A stretch of 64,000 nt of DNA from Eledone cirrhosa (lineage: Eukaryota): the NCBI GenBank assembly GCA_964016885.1, contig OZ024743.1:366172001-366236000 (forward strand), given 5' to 3'. Within the stretch, counting starts at the first letter, position 1; the number at the start of each line of letters is the position of its first letter. Below the pieces are notes generated by a model, which was not told where the DNA came from, did not search any database, and saw nothing but the letters and a program-made list of their open reading frames with translations. Shown here one piece after another: positions 26,578 to 38,753 of this stretch. The position numbers and the translations under genes are program-made.

Positions 26578-26773
26578 CACCATCTTAAAATTAATTGAAT
26601 ATCAATGACTGTGTCTTTCATTAGAAATATGGAAATGAAAGAGTTAAAATAGAAACTAGAATGTTTATGAGATGTGGAATTTGCACCAGTCTTACTTAGC
26701 TAGCTTATTATCCCTCTCTATTTAACCATGCTTTTTTTCTCTTTTTTTCATAATTTCCTTCTTATATTTCCAG

Positions 26774-26835
26774 ATTGCCACTTGGATTTTACAATGTTAC
26801 TTTATTTATACCGGAACATTACATAAGGTCAACAA
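26774..26835 (+). other. Candidate 62-nt internal exon of an unidentified host gene
   Basis: Long polypyrimidine tract and TTTCCAG| acceptor, CAA|GTAAGT donor; two open frames (IATWILQCYFIYTGTLHKVN and LPLGFYNVTLFIPEHYIRST). Confidence 0.45.
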
Positions 26836-27029
26836 GTAAGTACATTTATATTAGATACATATGATTATAGATTATAAGGCAACAAATTGAGAGAGTTAGG
26901 ATGTGGGATTAAAAAATGCCTCAATATTTTTTCTAGCTCGCAGTGCTCTGGGTTCAAATGAACTCGGGATCAACTTTGCCTTTCATCTTTTCAAGTTCAA
27001 TAATGTACCAGTCCAGTACTGGAATTGAT

Positions 27030-27031
27030 TC

Positions 27032-27069
<38 letters not shown>

Positions 27070-27363
27070 TCTCTCTCTTCCTCTCTCTCTTCCTCTCTTC
27101 CTTTCTCTCTTTCTCTCTCTCTCTTCCTTTCTCTCTTTCTCTCTCTCTTTCTCTCTTCCTCTCTTCCTTTCTCTCTTCCTTTCTCTCTTCCTTTCTCTCT
27201 TCCTCTCTTCCTTTCTCTCTTCCTCTCTTCCTTTCTCTCTTCCTCTCTTCCTTTCTCTCTTCCTCTCTTTCTTCCTCTCTTCCTCTCTTTCTTCCTCTCT
27301 TCCCCTCTCTCTCTTCCTCTCTCTCTCTCTTCCTCTCTCTCTCTCTTCCCCCCCTCTCTCTCT
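27030..27363. repeat. Pyrimidine-only (CT/CTCTTC) low-complexity tract
   Basis: ~330 bp made only of C and T on the + strand. Confidence 0.95.
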
Positions 27364-27599
27364 GGAAGAAATTGTATGTGTTGCAACCTGGAGAGGGATG
27401 GGCTCTATTATGTCTTAAGTGTCGAAGACATTTTAGGACAGTGCTCTTATGACTTCATTAGGAGTTTAGTAGTTTAGTATCCTTTATTTATATATATATA
27501 TATATATACATACACACACACATATATCAGAGTAAAACTTATTTTTGATAGTCTCAGAAGGGTTCAAGGCTAGAGCATAGTAGCTAATCAAAGTGACAT

Positions 27600-28440
27600 G
27601 TTTGTTTTTACCAATTGAAAATCGTAAATGCATAAAGACACTCATTTATGCCCATTGGCAATGATTCAAAGTTGTTTGCAATGTCAGTTCTGATGGCAAT
27701 GCCTACTCCAAATTCTTATTTTTCAGTTTCAGCTTTGCCAAAACAAAAGGTGTAGCAACTGTGCATTACCTTAAGCTGTCCAGAGCCTGGAAGTCTTGTT
27801 TCCGACAAAGCAGCAATGTCAATGAGTTTTTCCTTCAAAGAACCTGCAACAATGGCTGTTGTCTGCTCAGGTTGTTTCTTGTAGTCTTGCAACATACATA
27901 CAATCCAAGTTGCCACATAAATCCTCTTTCTTTCATTTCTGGAGTTTGGATTATTTCTTGTATTGTTTCGACTGCAAAATTGGACTTCCAGTCACCTTCA
28001 GCTTGGTGACAGGATTAAATGAGCAAGCAATTTTTAGGGCACTTTTTCTAGCACCTCCCATTTCCAGGATAGGGCTGCTTTGTAGTGAAGAAGCGGTCAT
28101 GGACTGTGAAATTGCTGATAGGTGTTTCACAAAACGGCCACTACTTCTAACCATCATACATACAAAGCTCAGTCTAGAAACCTCCAGTAGCATCTTGCAC
28201 ATGTCTCCTTCACCATCACTTCATCACTTGCCTTTGTCTTTCTATTGAATGACCTGTACTGTGCATTTGATTATAGTGGATTTTGTTTGTGGAGGACAGA
28301 ACCCACTCACTACATTTAGAAGTATTTCTTGTACTGGTGCATGACTGGTGCAGATAAGGTCACAGATCGTTGGCTTGATCGAGCACTGGTTTTAAGTTGC
28401 CAGGATCTGCCTTCACCCCTTCACCTGGCAAAGCCGCATG
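27600..28440 (-). pseudogene. RTE-BovB-like LINE 5' part (5' UTR and APE endonuclease N-terminus), decayed
   Basis: ATWIVCMLQD..QPEQTTAIVA...IDIAALSETRLPGSGQL...YTF..GK...GVGIAIRT matches the RTE APE motif I/II pattern. Confidence 0.8.
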
Positions 28441-28906
28441 AAAAGTCCAAGATTTAAAAAAGAAATAGTTAAAAGTTAAAAATGATTACATATGCTACAA
28501 GACAGATTAACAGCAGACCACAGGCTTACAGAGTTTTCCATCTCATGAGGTGAACTATGGCAGACATCAGCCTGGTATTTTGATTTCACACACAGATGCA
28601 CATATCCATCCATCACATATTTTTTCCAGTTTTACAAACACACATAACATATGTATATCAAATAGAAAAAAGTTAAAAGATGAAAAATTTTATAAAAAAA
28701 TAAAGGTATATATAAAAGTATATACATATATACACAGAATTGGATGACTGTTGACTTTCATGAGTTCCTTCACTCTTTGATATGTTTTGTTTTTCATCCT
28801 GCAGGGTGACTAAAAATCACCCTCCTCATTCCAAGCAAGCTTGGTGAGGTTGCCGGTTTAGTAACCAATGACCCAATCATGTGGCAGGTTATATATACAC
28901 AGATGC

Positions 28907-28959
<53 letters not shown>

Positions 28960-28968
28960 CACAGATGC

Positions 28969-29001
<33 letters not shown>

Positions 29002-29262
29002 TATACACACATACACGCATATATATATATTTATATATACACACACACACGTATATATATATATATATATATATAAACACACGAATATATATTCGTATAT
29101 ACACAGACACGCACACATATGTAGTTCCAATATGAGCAAGGTACAGCACAGCCAACTGGCCAGACCCTCCTCATAATGGAACCACACAGTTCCACACAGT
29201 AAACGTGGTTGGTGTTAGTAAGGGCATCCAGATGTAAAAAAAACAGCCAAAATACAGTTCCA

Positions 29263-29606
29263 GAAGGCACATGGCTTAGTGGTTAGAGCATTGGCCTTGT
29301 AATCGAAAGGTTGTGAGTTCAATTCTCAGACCGGGTGATGTGTTGTTTCCTTGAGCAAGACACTTTATTTCACATTGCTCCAGTTTACTCAGCTGTAGAA
29401 ATGAGATGATAGAGACTGGGGTCCCTATCATTCCACTGCAAAGTGTTCGTGGAGGTGCCACGGCAAAAAAGCACCCAGCACTCACTGTAAATGAGGTTGG
29501 TGTTAGGAAGGGCATCCAGCTGTAGAAATCAAGCCAGAATCAGTTCCCGTCCCACCCTTGCAAGCAGGGAAAAAGTGGACATAAAATGAAATGATGATGA
29601 TGATGA
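29263..29606 (+). mobile_element. SINE family A, full length, with RTE-derived 3' tail ending in (GAT)n
   Basis: tRNA-like head and CORE-like part, followed by GGAGGTGCCACGGCAAAAAAGCACCC...AGGAAGGGCATCCAGCTGTAGAAA...CCCTTGCAAGCAGGGAAAA; near-identical copies at 32484-32800 and 47892-48226. Confidence 0.88.
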
Positions 29607-29737
29607 TTTGAGCAAGATACAGCACAGCCAAGTAGCCAGATTTGTCTCATAATGTGGCAACCCTTCTAACCCATGCAAGCATGGAAAAGAGTCATTAAAT
29701 GGTGATGATGATTATATATATAATACTTAAATTAGAA

Positions 29738-29935
29738 ATAGAAGCTTTCACCATATTTTTTTTACTAAAGAAATTTTAGCCTGATAGTGGGATTTAGAAC
29801 CATCTAAGAAATGGAAAAGATGAGTATTGACGTACATGTACATCAATACTCATCTTTTTCCATTTCTTAGATGGTTCTAAATCCCACTATCAGGCTAAAA
29901 TTTTCTTTAGTCAAAAATACGGCGAAAGTTTCTAT
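29738..29935. repeat. ~200-bp near-perfect palindrome
   Basis: Arms of ~95 bp meet at the self-complementary centre GTACATGTAC. Confidence 0.9.
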
Positions 29936-30237
29936 ATTCAAACTCTCTCGTTGTTTCAAAACAAACTTACTTGTCATATATAGGTGTAGGTAACATGGTA
30001 AAACGCTCCCAGTTCACATTGTAAACCTGCCAGATAGTCCTATACGAGCGAGACACAGTCACCCGACCAATCTTGCCTCAAGTGGGACAATTCCCGTCTA
30101 ACCCATGCTAGCGTGGAAGATAGATATTAAACGACGATGATGATGATGATGATTATATATGTGTGTGTACGTGTGTGTAAATATATATATATATATATAT
30201 AGAATTAGGATTTAGCTTCATGCATAGCTGTATACAA

Positions 30238-30438
30238 ATATGTATTGGAATTTCATATTTCTAAAGAAATACGGTATGTTTATAAGTAAACATTTAGAAA
30301 GCCGTAGCTATGCAAAGCACTGGGGCTAATGCCCTCTGGTGGTGTCCTAGCCCCAGTGTTTTGCATAGCTACATCTTTCTAAATGTTTACCTATAAACAT
30401 ACTGAATTTCTTTAGAAATATGAAATTCCAATACATAT
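30238..30438. repeat. ~200-bp inverted repeat (arms ~90 bp, 19-nt loop) in (TA)n
   Basis: 30238-30328 is the approximate reverse complement of 30348-30438. Confidence 0.9.
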
Positions 30439-32483
30439 CTATATCGATATATATATATATACACATACATATAAATTATTTATGTAATAATACTTGATGT
30501 AAGGATTGAACTGAAGGTATGTAACCTTGCAATTTTGCTTCATAACTATTGAGCCACCAATCTCCCCTCCCCAATAAAAGCAAACAAATTTACAAATATA
30601 AAAAAGAAAAAAAGTTATTACATTTTCATATCTGTTAGGGGCCTATTGCCTACTTTAGAGGCTTACATTTTACATTCAGCCTCGACCTATTACTAGCTTT
30701 GCAAGGTCCTGCACACACACACATATATACATAACACTTAGTCAAAGCAAGGCAGGTGATGGTATATTTTTGTTTTGTTTGTATGTTGACTGGTTTGTTT
30801 ACAAAAGCCAATTTATCTTCTAAATAAAGCTAGCACAACTGAAAGAAGGTAATGTTCTCTCAATAGCTTCTTGTTACTATATTTCATTCTAATCTTGCTT
30901 TATCATTCTCTTGCTCACTATTCTGATAGATACCTAACTCCTTCACCTAACCCCTGTCTCTCTTTCTTTCTCTTTTCCTTGGTCTCTTTCTCTTTTTCTC
31001 TTTCTCTCTCCCTTTCTTTTCTCTCTTTTTCTCCCCCTCTCTCTGCTTTTATAGGCAAATATGTTGAATCTTGGGAAAACATTCTACAAGCATGTTCACC
31101 TCACCTGCACAACCACATTGTACACACATTATGCTTCAGCTTTAGCATTTATAAAAACACTACAACATATATATATGCATACATGTGTGTATAATGTCTA
31201 TATACAGATGTGTGTGTGAGTATGTATGTGTATACATCATCATCATCATCATATATTTTTATACATACACACATACATATGTGTGTACACACACACACGC
31301 TAAGATATGAAGTATTATAAATTATCCTGAAATCTTCATTCACACACAGCCAGCTGCCAGTGGCCTGTTGTCTTGCGAAATACCTTACATGTTTAACATT
31401 TTTCATGTAACTTCAAGATAGTAGTACCTAGTTAGGAAACAATTTAAGAAAGGAAAGAAAAAAGAAGCGATACTTATTCAACTTTCAGATAAGCTATGTA
31501 GTTATTTCCCCCCACCCCACCCCACCCCATTGTTCAGTCAAGAAGGAACATGATCCTTTTCAGGGCCTTCAAAATTAGTTACAGGGAAGGAAAACCATAT
31601 CTTTAAACCAATGACATGACCCAAATATTTGCAGTATAGTGGACTCAGCTAAAAGCACCCGAGGGCTAGGTGTTGGTGTTAAACTGAGCAATGGTTATGT
31701 TTGAAGCAATCCTTTGTTGTTTTGTTGTTTGATTTAATTGTGCTATAACTAAACAAAAAGTATGGAACTAGCAATATCATTAAATTGTTAGATAGAATAT
31801 CTTGTGCTATTTGTTCTGATACTCTGCAATCTGTGTTCCAATCCTGTCAAGTTCACTTTTGCCTTTTATCCACTGAAGTACTAGGGTTGATTCTTCTTTC
31901 TTAGGTTTGGCTATATTGTTAAGAAACTCTTATATGCAACTAAAAACATTTAACAATAACTGGATGGACAGCACAGAATGGAATGGAGGAAGTATCTAAA
32001 TTGTTGGGTGCTGAAGCTCATCAGTCTGGAACTTACACCCTGATTTCATTAGGTGTAAAGCAATTGAAAGTACACAACATTCCCTGGATGGATTCCAGTT
32101 TGTCACAAGTTTAACCTACAGCTAGTGTTGATATTTTTTTTTTTACTGCATGTGTGTAAATACACACATAAATACATGAATGTAGGTTATGTAATACACA
32201 TAGAAAAATGTGTGTATTGATACACATTCATGTAATATAGGTGGATTTGCAAACATATATGTATACAATTGTATATATGTATACATTCATATGTACATTC
32301 ATTCATTCACATATATATGCTAGCATGGAAAGTGAACGTTAAATGATGATGATATATATATTCAAATTTATATATATATGTATATATGTATATAGAGGAA
32401 GTGAGACCATTTGAGCTTTTCCATTGAGAAGCACAAATATCATACACAATATATATGTTATATTACCTTGAATTTATATATAT

Positions 32484-32800
32484 GGAGGCACATGGCTTAG
32501 TGGTTAGAGCATTGGCCTTGCAATCGAAAGGTTGTGAGTTCAATTCTCAGACCGGTTGATGTGTTGTTTCCTTGAGCAAGACACTTTATTTCACAGTTTA
32601 CTCAGCTGTAGAAATGAGATGATAGGGACTGGGGTCCATATCATTCCACTGCAAAGTGGTCGCCACGGCAAAAAAGCACACAGCACTCACTGTAAATGAA
32701 GTGGTGTTAGGAAGGGCATCCAGCTGTAGAAGTCAAGCCAGAATCAGTTCCCGTCCCACCCTTGCAAGCAGGGAAAAGCGGACGTAAAATGAAATGATGA
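32484..32800 (+). mobile_element. SINE family A with RTE-like tail (small internal deletions)
   Basis: Same head, core and tail as 29263-29606. Confidence 0.85.
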
Positions 32801-32806
32801 ATGATA

Positions 32807-32884
32807 CAGGATGTCCCCTCCAAAATGTACACACACTTTGATTAGAATGCTGTTGAAGTCTATACAATTTTAGGGGACACCTTG
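32807..32884. mobile_element. Tc1/mariner-type MITE (~80 bp)
   Basis: TA|CAGGATGTCCCC...GGGGACACCTTG|TA terminal inverted repeats with TA target duplication. Confidence 0.65.
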
Positions 32885-33029
32885 TATATATATACCCAGC
32901 CAAATTTACAGTCCTCGGTGGAGCAAGGTGTGACATGGCCAACTTTGGTAAGACTTGCCGCCTGGCATGGACAACCTGGATAACCCATGCAAGCATAGAA
33001 AAATGGATGGTAAACGGTGATGATAATGA

Positions 33030-33088
<59 letters not shown>

Positions 33089-33274
33089 TATACATATACA
33101 CACACACACACGTATACATATACACACACACATATACACACACACATTCTCATATGTACATTTATAGACGTGTGTACATACAGACTCACTTGTACTCACA
33201 CATACATCATTACACACACACACACCATTGTCGTCATCACCGTCACCGTTTTACGTCCGTTTACTCTCCTCTCT

Positions 33275-33450
33275 CTAGGTAAAATTCTGTTATAACAAAT
33301 ACCATTATAACGAATTTTCAGTATAACAAAATGTTTTTCAATCCTTGGCCACATGCTCCATGTGTTTAGTCGATCTCGTTATAAAGAATTTTTCGTTACA
33401 ACGAATTTTTTTATACCCCGTTTTATATTCTTTATAACGGAATTTCACTG
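33275..33450. mobile_element. pogo/Tigger-type MITE
   Basis: Termini GTAAAATTCTGTTATAA / TTATAACGGAATTTCACTG|TA; internal repeated (CG)TTATAACGAA motifs. Confidence 0.6.
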
Positions 33451-33640
33451 TATATATACATATATATATCTGACTAAACAGGGTTGTCTATCAATCAGTA
33501 AATAATGATGCAATTTGATTGAAGCACTCAACGTCATGTTTTATCTTCCAAATATAATTTGTCAGTCAGTGACGGAGTATATGTAGAGTAAGGAAAATGC
33601 GAAGTTTGGTGTAGATGTTAAAGAGTCCTTTATTGACAAA

Positions 33641-33709
33641 ACTGTGATACATATTTCAATGATGATTGTGGCTATGCGATTGTTCAATCACATAATATCC
33701 TCAGACAGC
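33641..33709 (-). ncRNA. Degenerate type I hammerhead ribozyme motif (Penelope pLTR-like)
   Basis: Minus strand: GCTGT-CTGAGGA-[irregular helix II]-GAAAT-ATGT-ATC-ACAGT, with AATAAA just downstream. Confidence 0.5.
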
Positions 33710-34462
33710 TTCCATATATAATAAGGTTACATTTCTGAGGCAATTCAATCTAAAGTTCACAAGGGAATAGGCAGAAATGATGTTTTCATTACTGAAGTCT
33801 GCTCCCTTGTGAACTTTAGTTCCACTCCACAACTTTGCACAGGCATAGAGGTGGAGGACTGGCTGACCATCCATCTATTACCAACTCCCTGCCAGCAGCT
33901 AGGGCTGCAGAGACTAACTTATCTTGCATACCAAGCCATCCCCCCACAGCCAGTGAGATGCTGCAGTCACAGAGTTCAATTCAGCCTAAAGGTTTTAGTT
34001 TACTGCTCGGCTAGTTATCTGTAAGTCCGAAATCCAGTGGAGGAGGGCTTGCATCACTCCGCCTACTACCACTATTTTATGGTGGGATAACACGTCATGA
34101 TGATTGCAAAGCAGATCTAGAAATTAGAATCGCTGTCTGGTTAAGAGTGGGGTGTTACCCTCCATGTGCTTGTGGAAGTGGGGCGGTTTACCATCCTTGT
34201 TTGGTGGGTGTTCCTTTGGGAACCCCTTCAAAAGTCTGCTGTGTGGTCTTATGTTGGGGGTTCCCATATAAGCACACCAACTCCAACTACAATGTTCACA
34301 TTAGGATTTACCTTTTGTTTATTTTCCTTATCAGCTGCCTGTAGACAGCCAATGTTGAAACACTCTGACTCTCTCACTATATATATAGTTCCGGAAACAT
34401 ATCATGACACCTCTATGATTGTTTTATATAATTAAATTAAATATATATAACATGGTGACTGA

Positions 34463-35565
34463 GTTGTATGTACAAGGTTGAGCTATGTAGAGCAGAATAG
34501 TTGACATGCCAAGAGAGATGAAAGGATGAATTAAAGTTAGTTGTTTACCGTTTTGAAGTCAACGCACAGGAGACCAAGAGGTCTTTACATTACCATGTTC
34601 AGGTTGCCAGAGAGTATACCCTCAGCGGAACACGCCTGGCCGAAGGGCCAGGCAGGTTAAAAGAGAGGGAGATAGCTTTCAGCTCTCTCGTTTTATAGTT
34701 CCCTCAGACGGAAGTCCCTAAGAAGGTTCTGCTACCTCAACGGGAAGTAACTCCAGCTACTTCCTGTCTAGAGAGCGCTTCAGGACTCCCCTCCAAGATG
34801 AGAAGTCGAATGACCAAATGAAATCATTGTAGTGAGAACACGAGGAGCAAGGCAAAAGGTACAAGAACATGAATGAACAAAACATGAGCATGCAAAAATT
34901 AATGATAGATATCAAGGTAGGCAACCTCTCTTGGCCAGAGAAGGACTGGACATCTATCTATCCATTACACAAAGATATAATGTAAGCAAACTAAGAAGAG
35001 GTCAAAGGAGCAAAGAAATGTGCTCGAACATAGTTATTAAAAAAAAAGTTCAAATGTTCAAAAATAAAGTTAACATGACAGCAGGAAAGAGAGTGTGTCA
35101 CCAAGAGAATATATGCAAGTGGTTTCTGGACTGTGGTACAACATGAAATTCCCAACCTCCGAAGGCGGTGGGATTTTCTCACAGGAAGAGTGCTGCAAAA
35201 ATAAATTCTGTATTTTGTTCTGCTGGTTTTGGTTGTATGTACAATGTTTATTTAACAAGGTTGAGCTATGTAGAGCAGAATAGTTGACATACCAAGAGAG
35301 ATGAAAGGATGAATTAAAGTTAGTTGTTTACCGTTTTGAAGTCAGCGCGCAAGAGCCCAAGAGGTCTTTACATTACCATGTTCAGGTTGCCAGAGAGTAT
35401 ACTCTTGGCGGAACGCACCTGGCCGAAGGGCCAGGCAGGTTAAAAAAGAGGGAGATAGCTTTCAGCTCTCTCATTTTATAGTTCCCTCGGACGGAAGTCC
35501 CTAAGAAGGTTCTGCAACCTCAACGGGAAGTAACTCCAGTTACTTCCTGTCTAGAGAGCGCTACA
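34463..35565 (-). mobile_element. Small non-coding LTR retroelement (TRIM-like)
   Basis: Direct repeats of ~320 bp at 34463-34782 and 35232-35565 begin with TG on the minus strand; TATAAAA and AATAAA lie on the minus strand; polypurine tract GGAGGGGAG immediately precedes the 3' repeat; the ~450-bp spacer has no recognisable ORF. Confidence 0.75.
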
Positions 35566-35796
35566 TATATATAGAGTGCGCTACATATATATATAGCAGA
35601 CAACCAAAATTTTTACTGAGTTAAAGGACACTGCAGTGGTGTCCTTCATCACAAAATATTCTACCTGCAGGAAACAGACTTACCTACCTAAACTTTTACT
35701 AAGTTTAAAAGCTTAGAGAAGATAAAAAAGGTTAAAATACCTTGAAAAACGCTGGAACCGATGCTATGTGTGGCTTATGCTTGGATGGTCCATAAC

Positions 35797-35992
35797 GATT
35801 TCTACTATAGGCACAAGGCCAGCAATTTTGGGGGGAGGGGAAAGTCGATTAAGTCGACCCCAGTGCATGAATGGTGCTTTATTTTATCGACCCCATAAGG
35901 ATGAAATGCAATAACTTCGGTCGGATGTAAAGGGCCGTAACTCTGTGCCACAAAGCATGTTATCTGACGCTCTACTAATACTACCAATCCAT
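35797..35992 (-). mobile_element. SINE family B copy
   Basis: GGCACAAGGCCAGC...TTTTATCGACCCC..GGATGAAA pattern on the + strand. Confidence 0.75.
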
Positions 35993-36039
35993 TATAATAG
36001 AAGTACTTCTACCAGTAACAATAATAATAGTATTATTTG

Positions 36040-36295
36040 CTTCAGTTTCCATTTAATTTGTTGTCTCTTGCCGGTTGGTTTTGCCTCTAAAATCTGTCCA
36101 GCAATTCTTTCCTAGGACATTCTAACCACATGCCCATAGTATCAGAGCTGTGATCCCTCATTCGGAGAAGTAGCAGCTCTATCTGGAACGACTCTCTGAG
36201 CTATGCACTTTGAGTAACATTACCCCAAAGATCCTTCAGAGGAACTCCATTTTGGCCGCTTGTATTTGCAATTGTATTCTTTTGGTCATTACCTT
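36040..36295 (-). pseudogene. Decayed RTE RT C-terminal fragment
   Basis: Minus strand MTKRIQLQIQAAKMEFL*RI...YYGHVVRMS...QILEAKPTGKR. Confidence 0.65.
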
Positions 36296-36563
36296 GCTTT
36301 GTAATTGTTGTGATTAAAAGAAAAAAATACAAGTTCCAAATCCTTGTTGATTCATCTGAAATTGCATGTTTATATTACTATGTCCATTGAATTTTATACA
36401 TACACACTATCATCATCTTTGCCATCATCATTAACTCTTCCATGCTGGCATTAGTTTGGTGGGACTTTTTGAGGTTGTGCATATGTCCTGATGCCTTTCG
36501 TTTTAGTCACCTTTCATGATATCAAGTATGCAATGTACCTATTCTGAAAACCAGATTACACTG

Positions 36564-36600
<37 letters not shown>

Positions 36601-36882
36601 TATATTCAAACTCTTTCAGATGTTCCAAAATTTGTTAAAATTATATAGAAATTCATGCTCTACTTGAAAATATACTATTGTCTCACCCTCGGTGGACCAA
36701 TTACAATTCAAGTGTTACATCTTATACTGCCATAGTGATAGTGTTATATATCTCCCAAGGGAGTTAACCATTACCATATATTAAGGCATTAATGACAAAG
36801 ATTTGTCAAAGAAAAAATAAATTTCGAGAAATTGATTTGTCATGAGGACTGAAAACTCTGATTTAGATTCTTGTCTTTTTAA

Positions 36883-37102
36883 CCTTTTAGCATTTCCATT
36901 TCTCTATATAAACTATTGTATTTTCGCAGTAAAGGCTTTATTTCACATCATTTCTCACATAATATCAAATCTATGAGATTTTGATATTATTTATTTTGAG
37001 AACAATACCTTAATATAAGTATGAGTGGCCAGTTACAGCAAATTTGAACAGAAAGAGGTGAGAGAATTCTAGCCGGATATGACCAGTTTATATGCTAAAG
37101 GG
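36883..37102. mobile_element. piggyBac-type MITE
   Basis: TTAA|CCTTTTAGCAT...ATGCTAAAGGG|TTAA. Confidence 0.8.
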
Positions 37103-37127
37103 TTAAGGGAGAAAGAGGGAGAGAAAT

Positions 37128-37316
37128 AATAATTGTTTCTACGTTAGGCACAAGGCCAGCAATTATCCAGTGCATTACTGGTACTTTATTTTATCGACCC
37201 TGTAAGGATGAAAGGCAAAGTCAACCTCGGCAGGATTTGAACTCAGATCGTAAAGGGACGTAACTATGCTGGAAAGCATGGCGTCCGACCCTCTACCGAT
37301 ACTGCCAATCCACCGC
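37128..37316 (-). mobile_element. SINE family B, full-length copy
   Basis: Highly similar to 6518-6710. Confidence 0.85.
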
Positions 37317-38674
37317 AATAATGGCATTAATATTATGATCACAAAATTGCAAATAGAAAATGGAGTGGAGAGGTAAAAATGAGGAAAGAGTTAGTGCAAG
37401 CAATGTGGGAGGTGGTGTAAGTAATGGGGGAGCTGGATGATATAGAAAGAAGTGAAGTGTAAAAGATAGGGGTATAAGGTTTGTAACAAGAGAAAGATGC
37501 TAAGAGAGAGCCAGCTTGGATGTAATAGGGGTTGAGAAAGAGACATAGTGTATGATGGACAAAAGGACATATATTTAATAACACAGACATGTCACACACA
37601 AACACCTTTAGTGGTCAGTCAAATCAGTGATAACATTTCCCTGGTGACTTCTCTGGGCTTGTGCTCTCATGTGTGAGTTCAGACCAATCTGGGATCTGCA
37701 TTCTTAGCTGTAGATGTCACATCTGTAAGTTGAAGTGCCATTCTGTGCACATTGCTGACAAGATTATTGGCAAGCTTTATCTGCCTTGAGCCTTTGTATC
37801 ATAGACCTTCTCATCCTTTGCATGAGTTTCCCAGTTTTCCAACAGCATTTGATATTTGTTCAGTGTAAAACTCACATACATATGCAAGTTAGGGAGAAAT
37901 AGGAAGGGTAATAAGCTAGAAGTCTAGACTAAAGAATTAGGCTATGTGGAAAATGAAAGAAAGTCTAAAACCATAAGCATTAGTTAGAATTATAAAAAGA
38001 AATGGAGGCCAGAAAATGTTGAAAACTCTAGTGGTTTATGTAAATGAGTAGGGCTGGTGGAAGATAGTTTAATTGTTTCTAACATGAGCACAAGACTAGA
38101 CATTTTGAATAAGTGGTCCCAGTACTTGATTAGTACTTTATTTTATCAGTACCTGAAGGAGGAAAGGCAAAGTTGGTCTTGATGTGATTTGGAATCAGAA
38201 TGTAAACATCCGAAGTTGTGGGTTGAAATAATAATTTCTAATTTAGGCACAAGGCCAACAATTTTGATAAGTGAGGAAATGCAATTAAATTGACCCCACT
38301 ACTTGACTGGTACTTGGAAGGATGACTGGCAAAGTTGGCCTTGGCAGGATTTGAACTCAGAATGTAAACATCCAGGAAAGTGGGTTAAAATAATAAAAAT
38401 ATAACAGTGAACAATCCCAGTATTTACAGGAACTGCAAGTGTTACGGCACAGTGTGTGTGTGAGAGCTGGAGTATTGTCTTTGACCCAAGGGTGCAGTAC
38501 TATGTACTATTATTTCAGGGATATGAAAGGAATGGTAAGATTGGTTTGGATAACCTAGATATACTACAAATATACATTGGAAGAAATGGAGCTCAGTAGG
38601 CCATTGATCTTTGGAATAAAAGACTGCAATTAATGGTTGGTCTGAGGTTTGGAAAGCAAGACAGAATACAAGTT

Positions 38675-38677
<3 letters not shown>

Positions 38678-38752
<75 letters not shown>
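38678..38752. repeat. (GT)n microsatellite
   Basis: Uninterrupted GT run of ~75 bp. Confidence 0.95.

Positions 38753-38753
<1 letters not shown>

Noticed and set aside
31053-31140. Exon after the long pyrimidine tract (TATAG|GCAAAT...)
   Set aside because: No convincing donor site; the tract is a CT low-complexity repeat.
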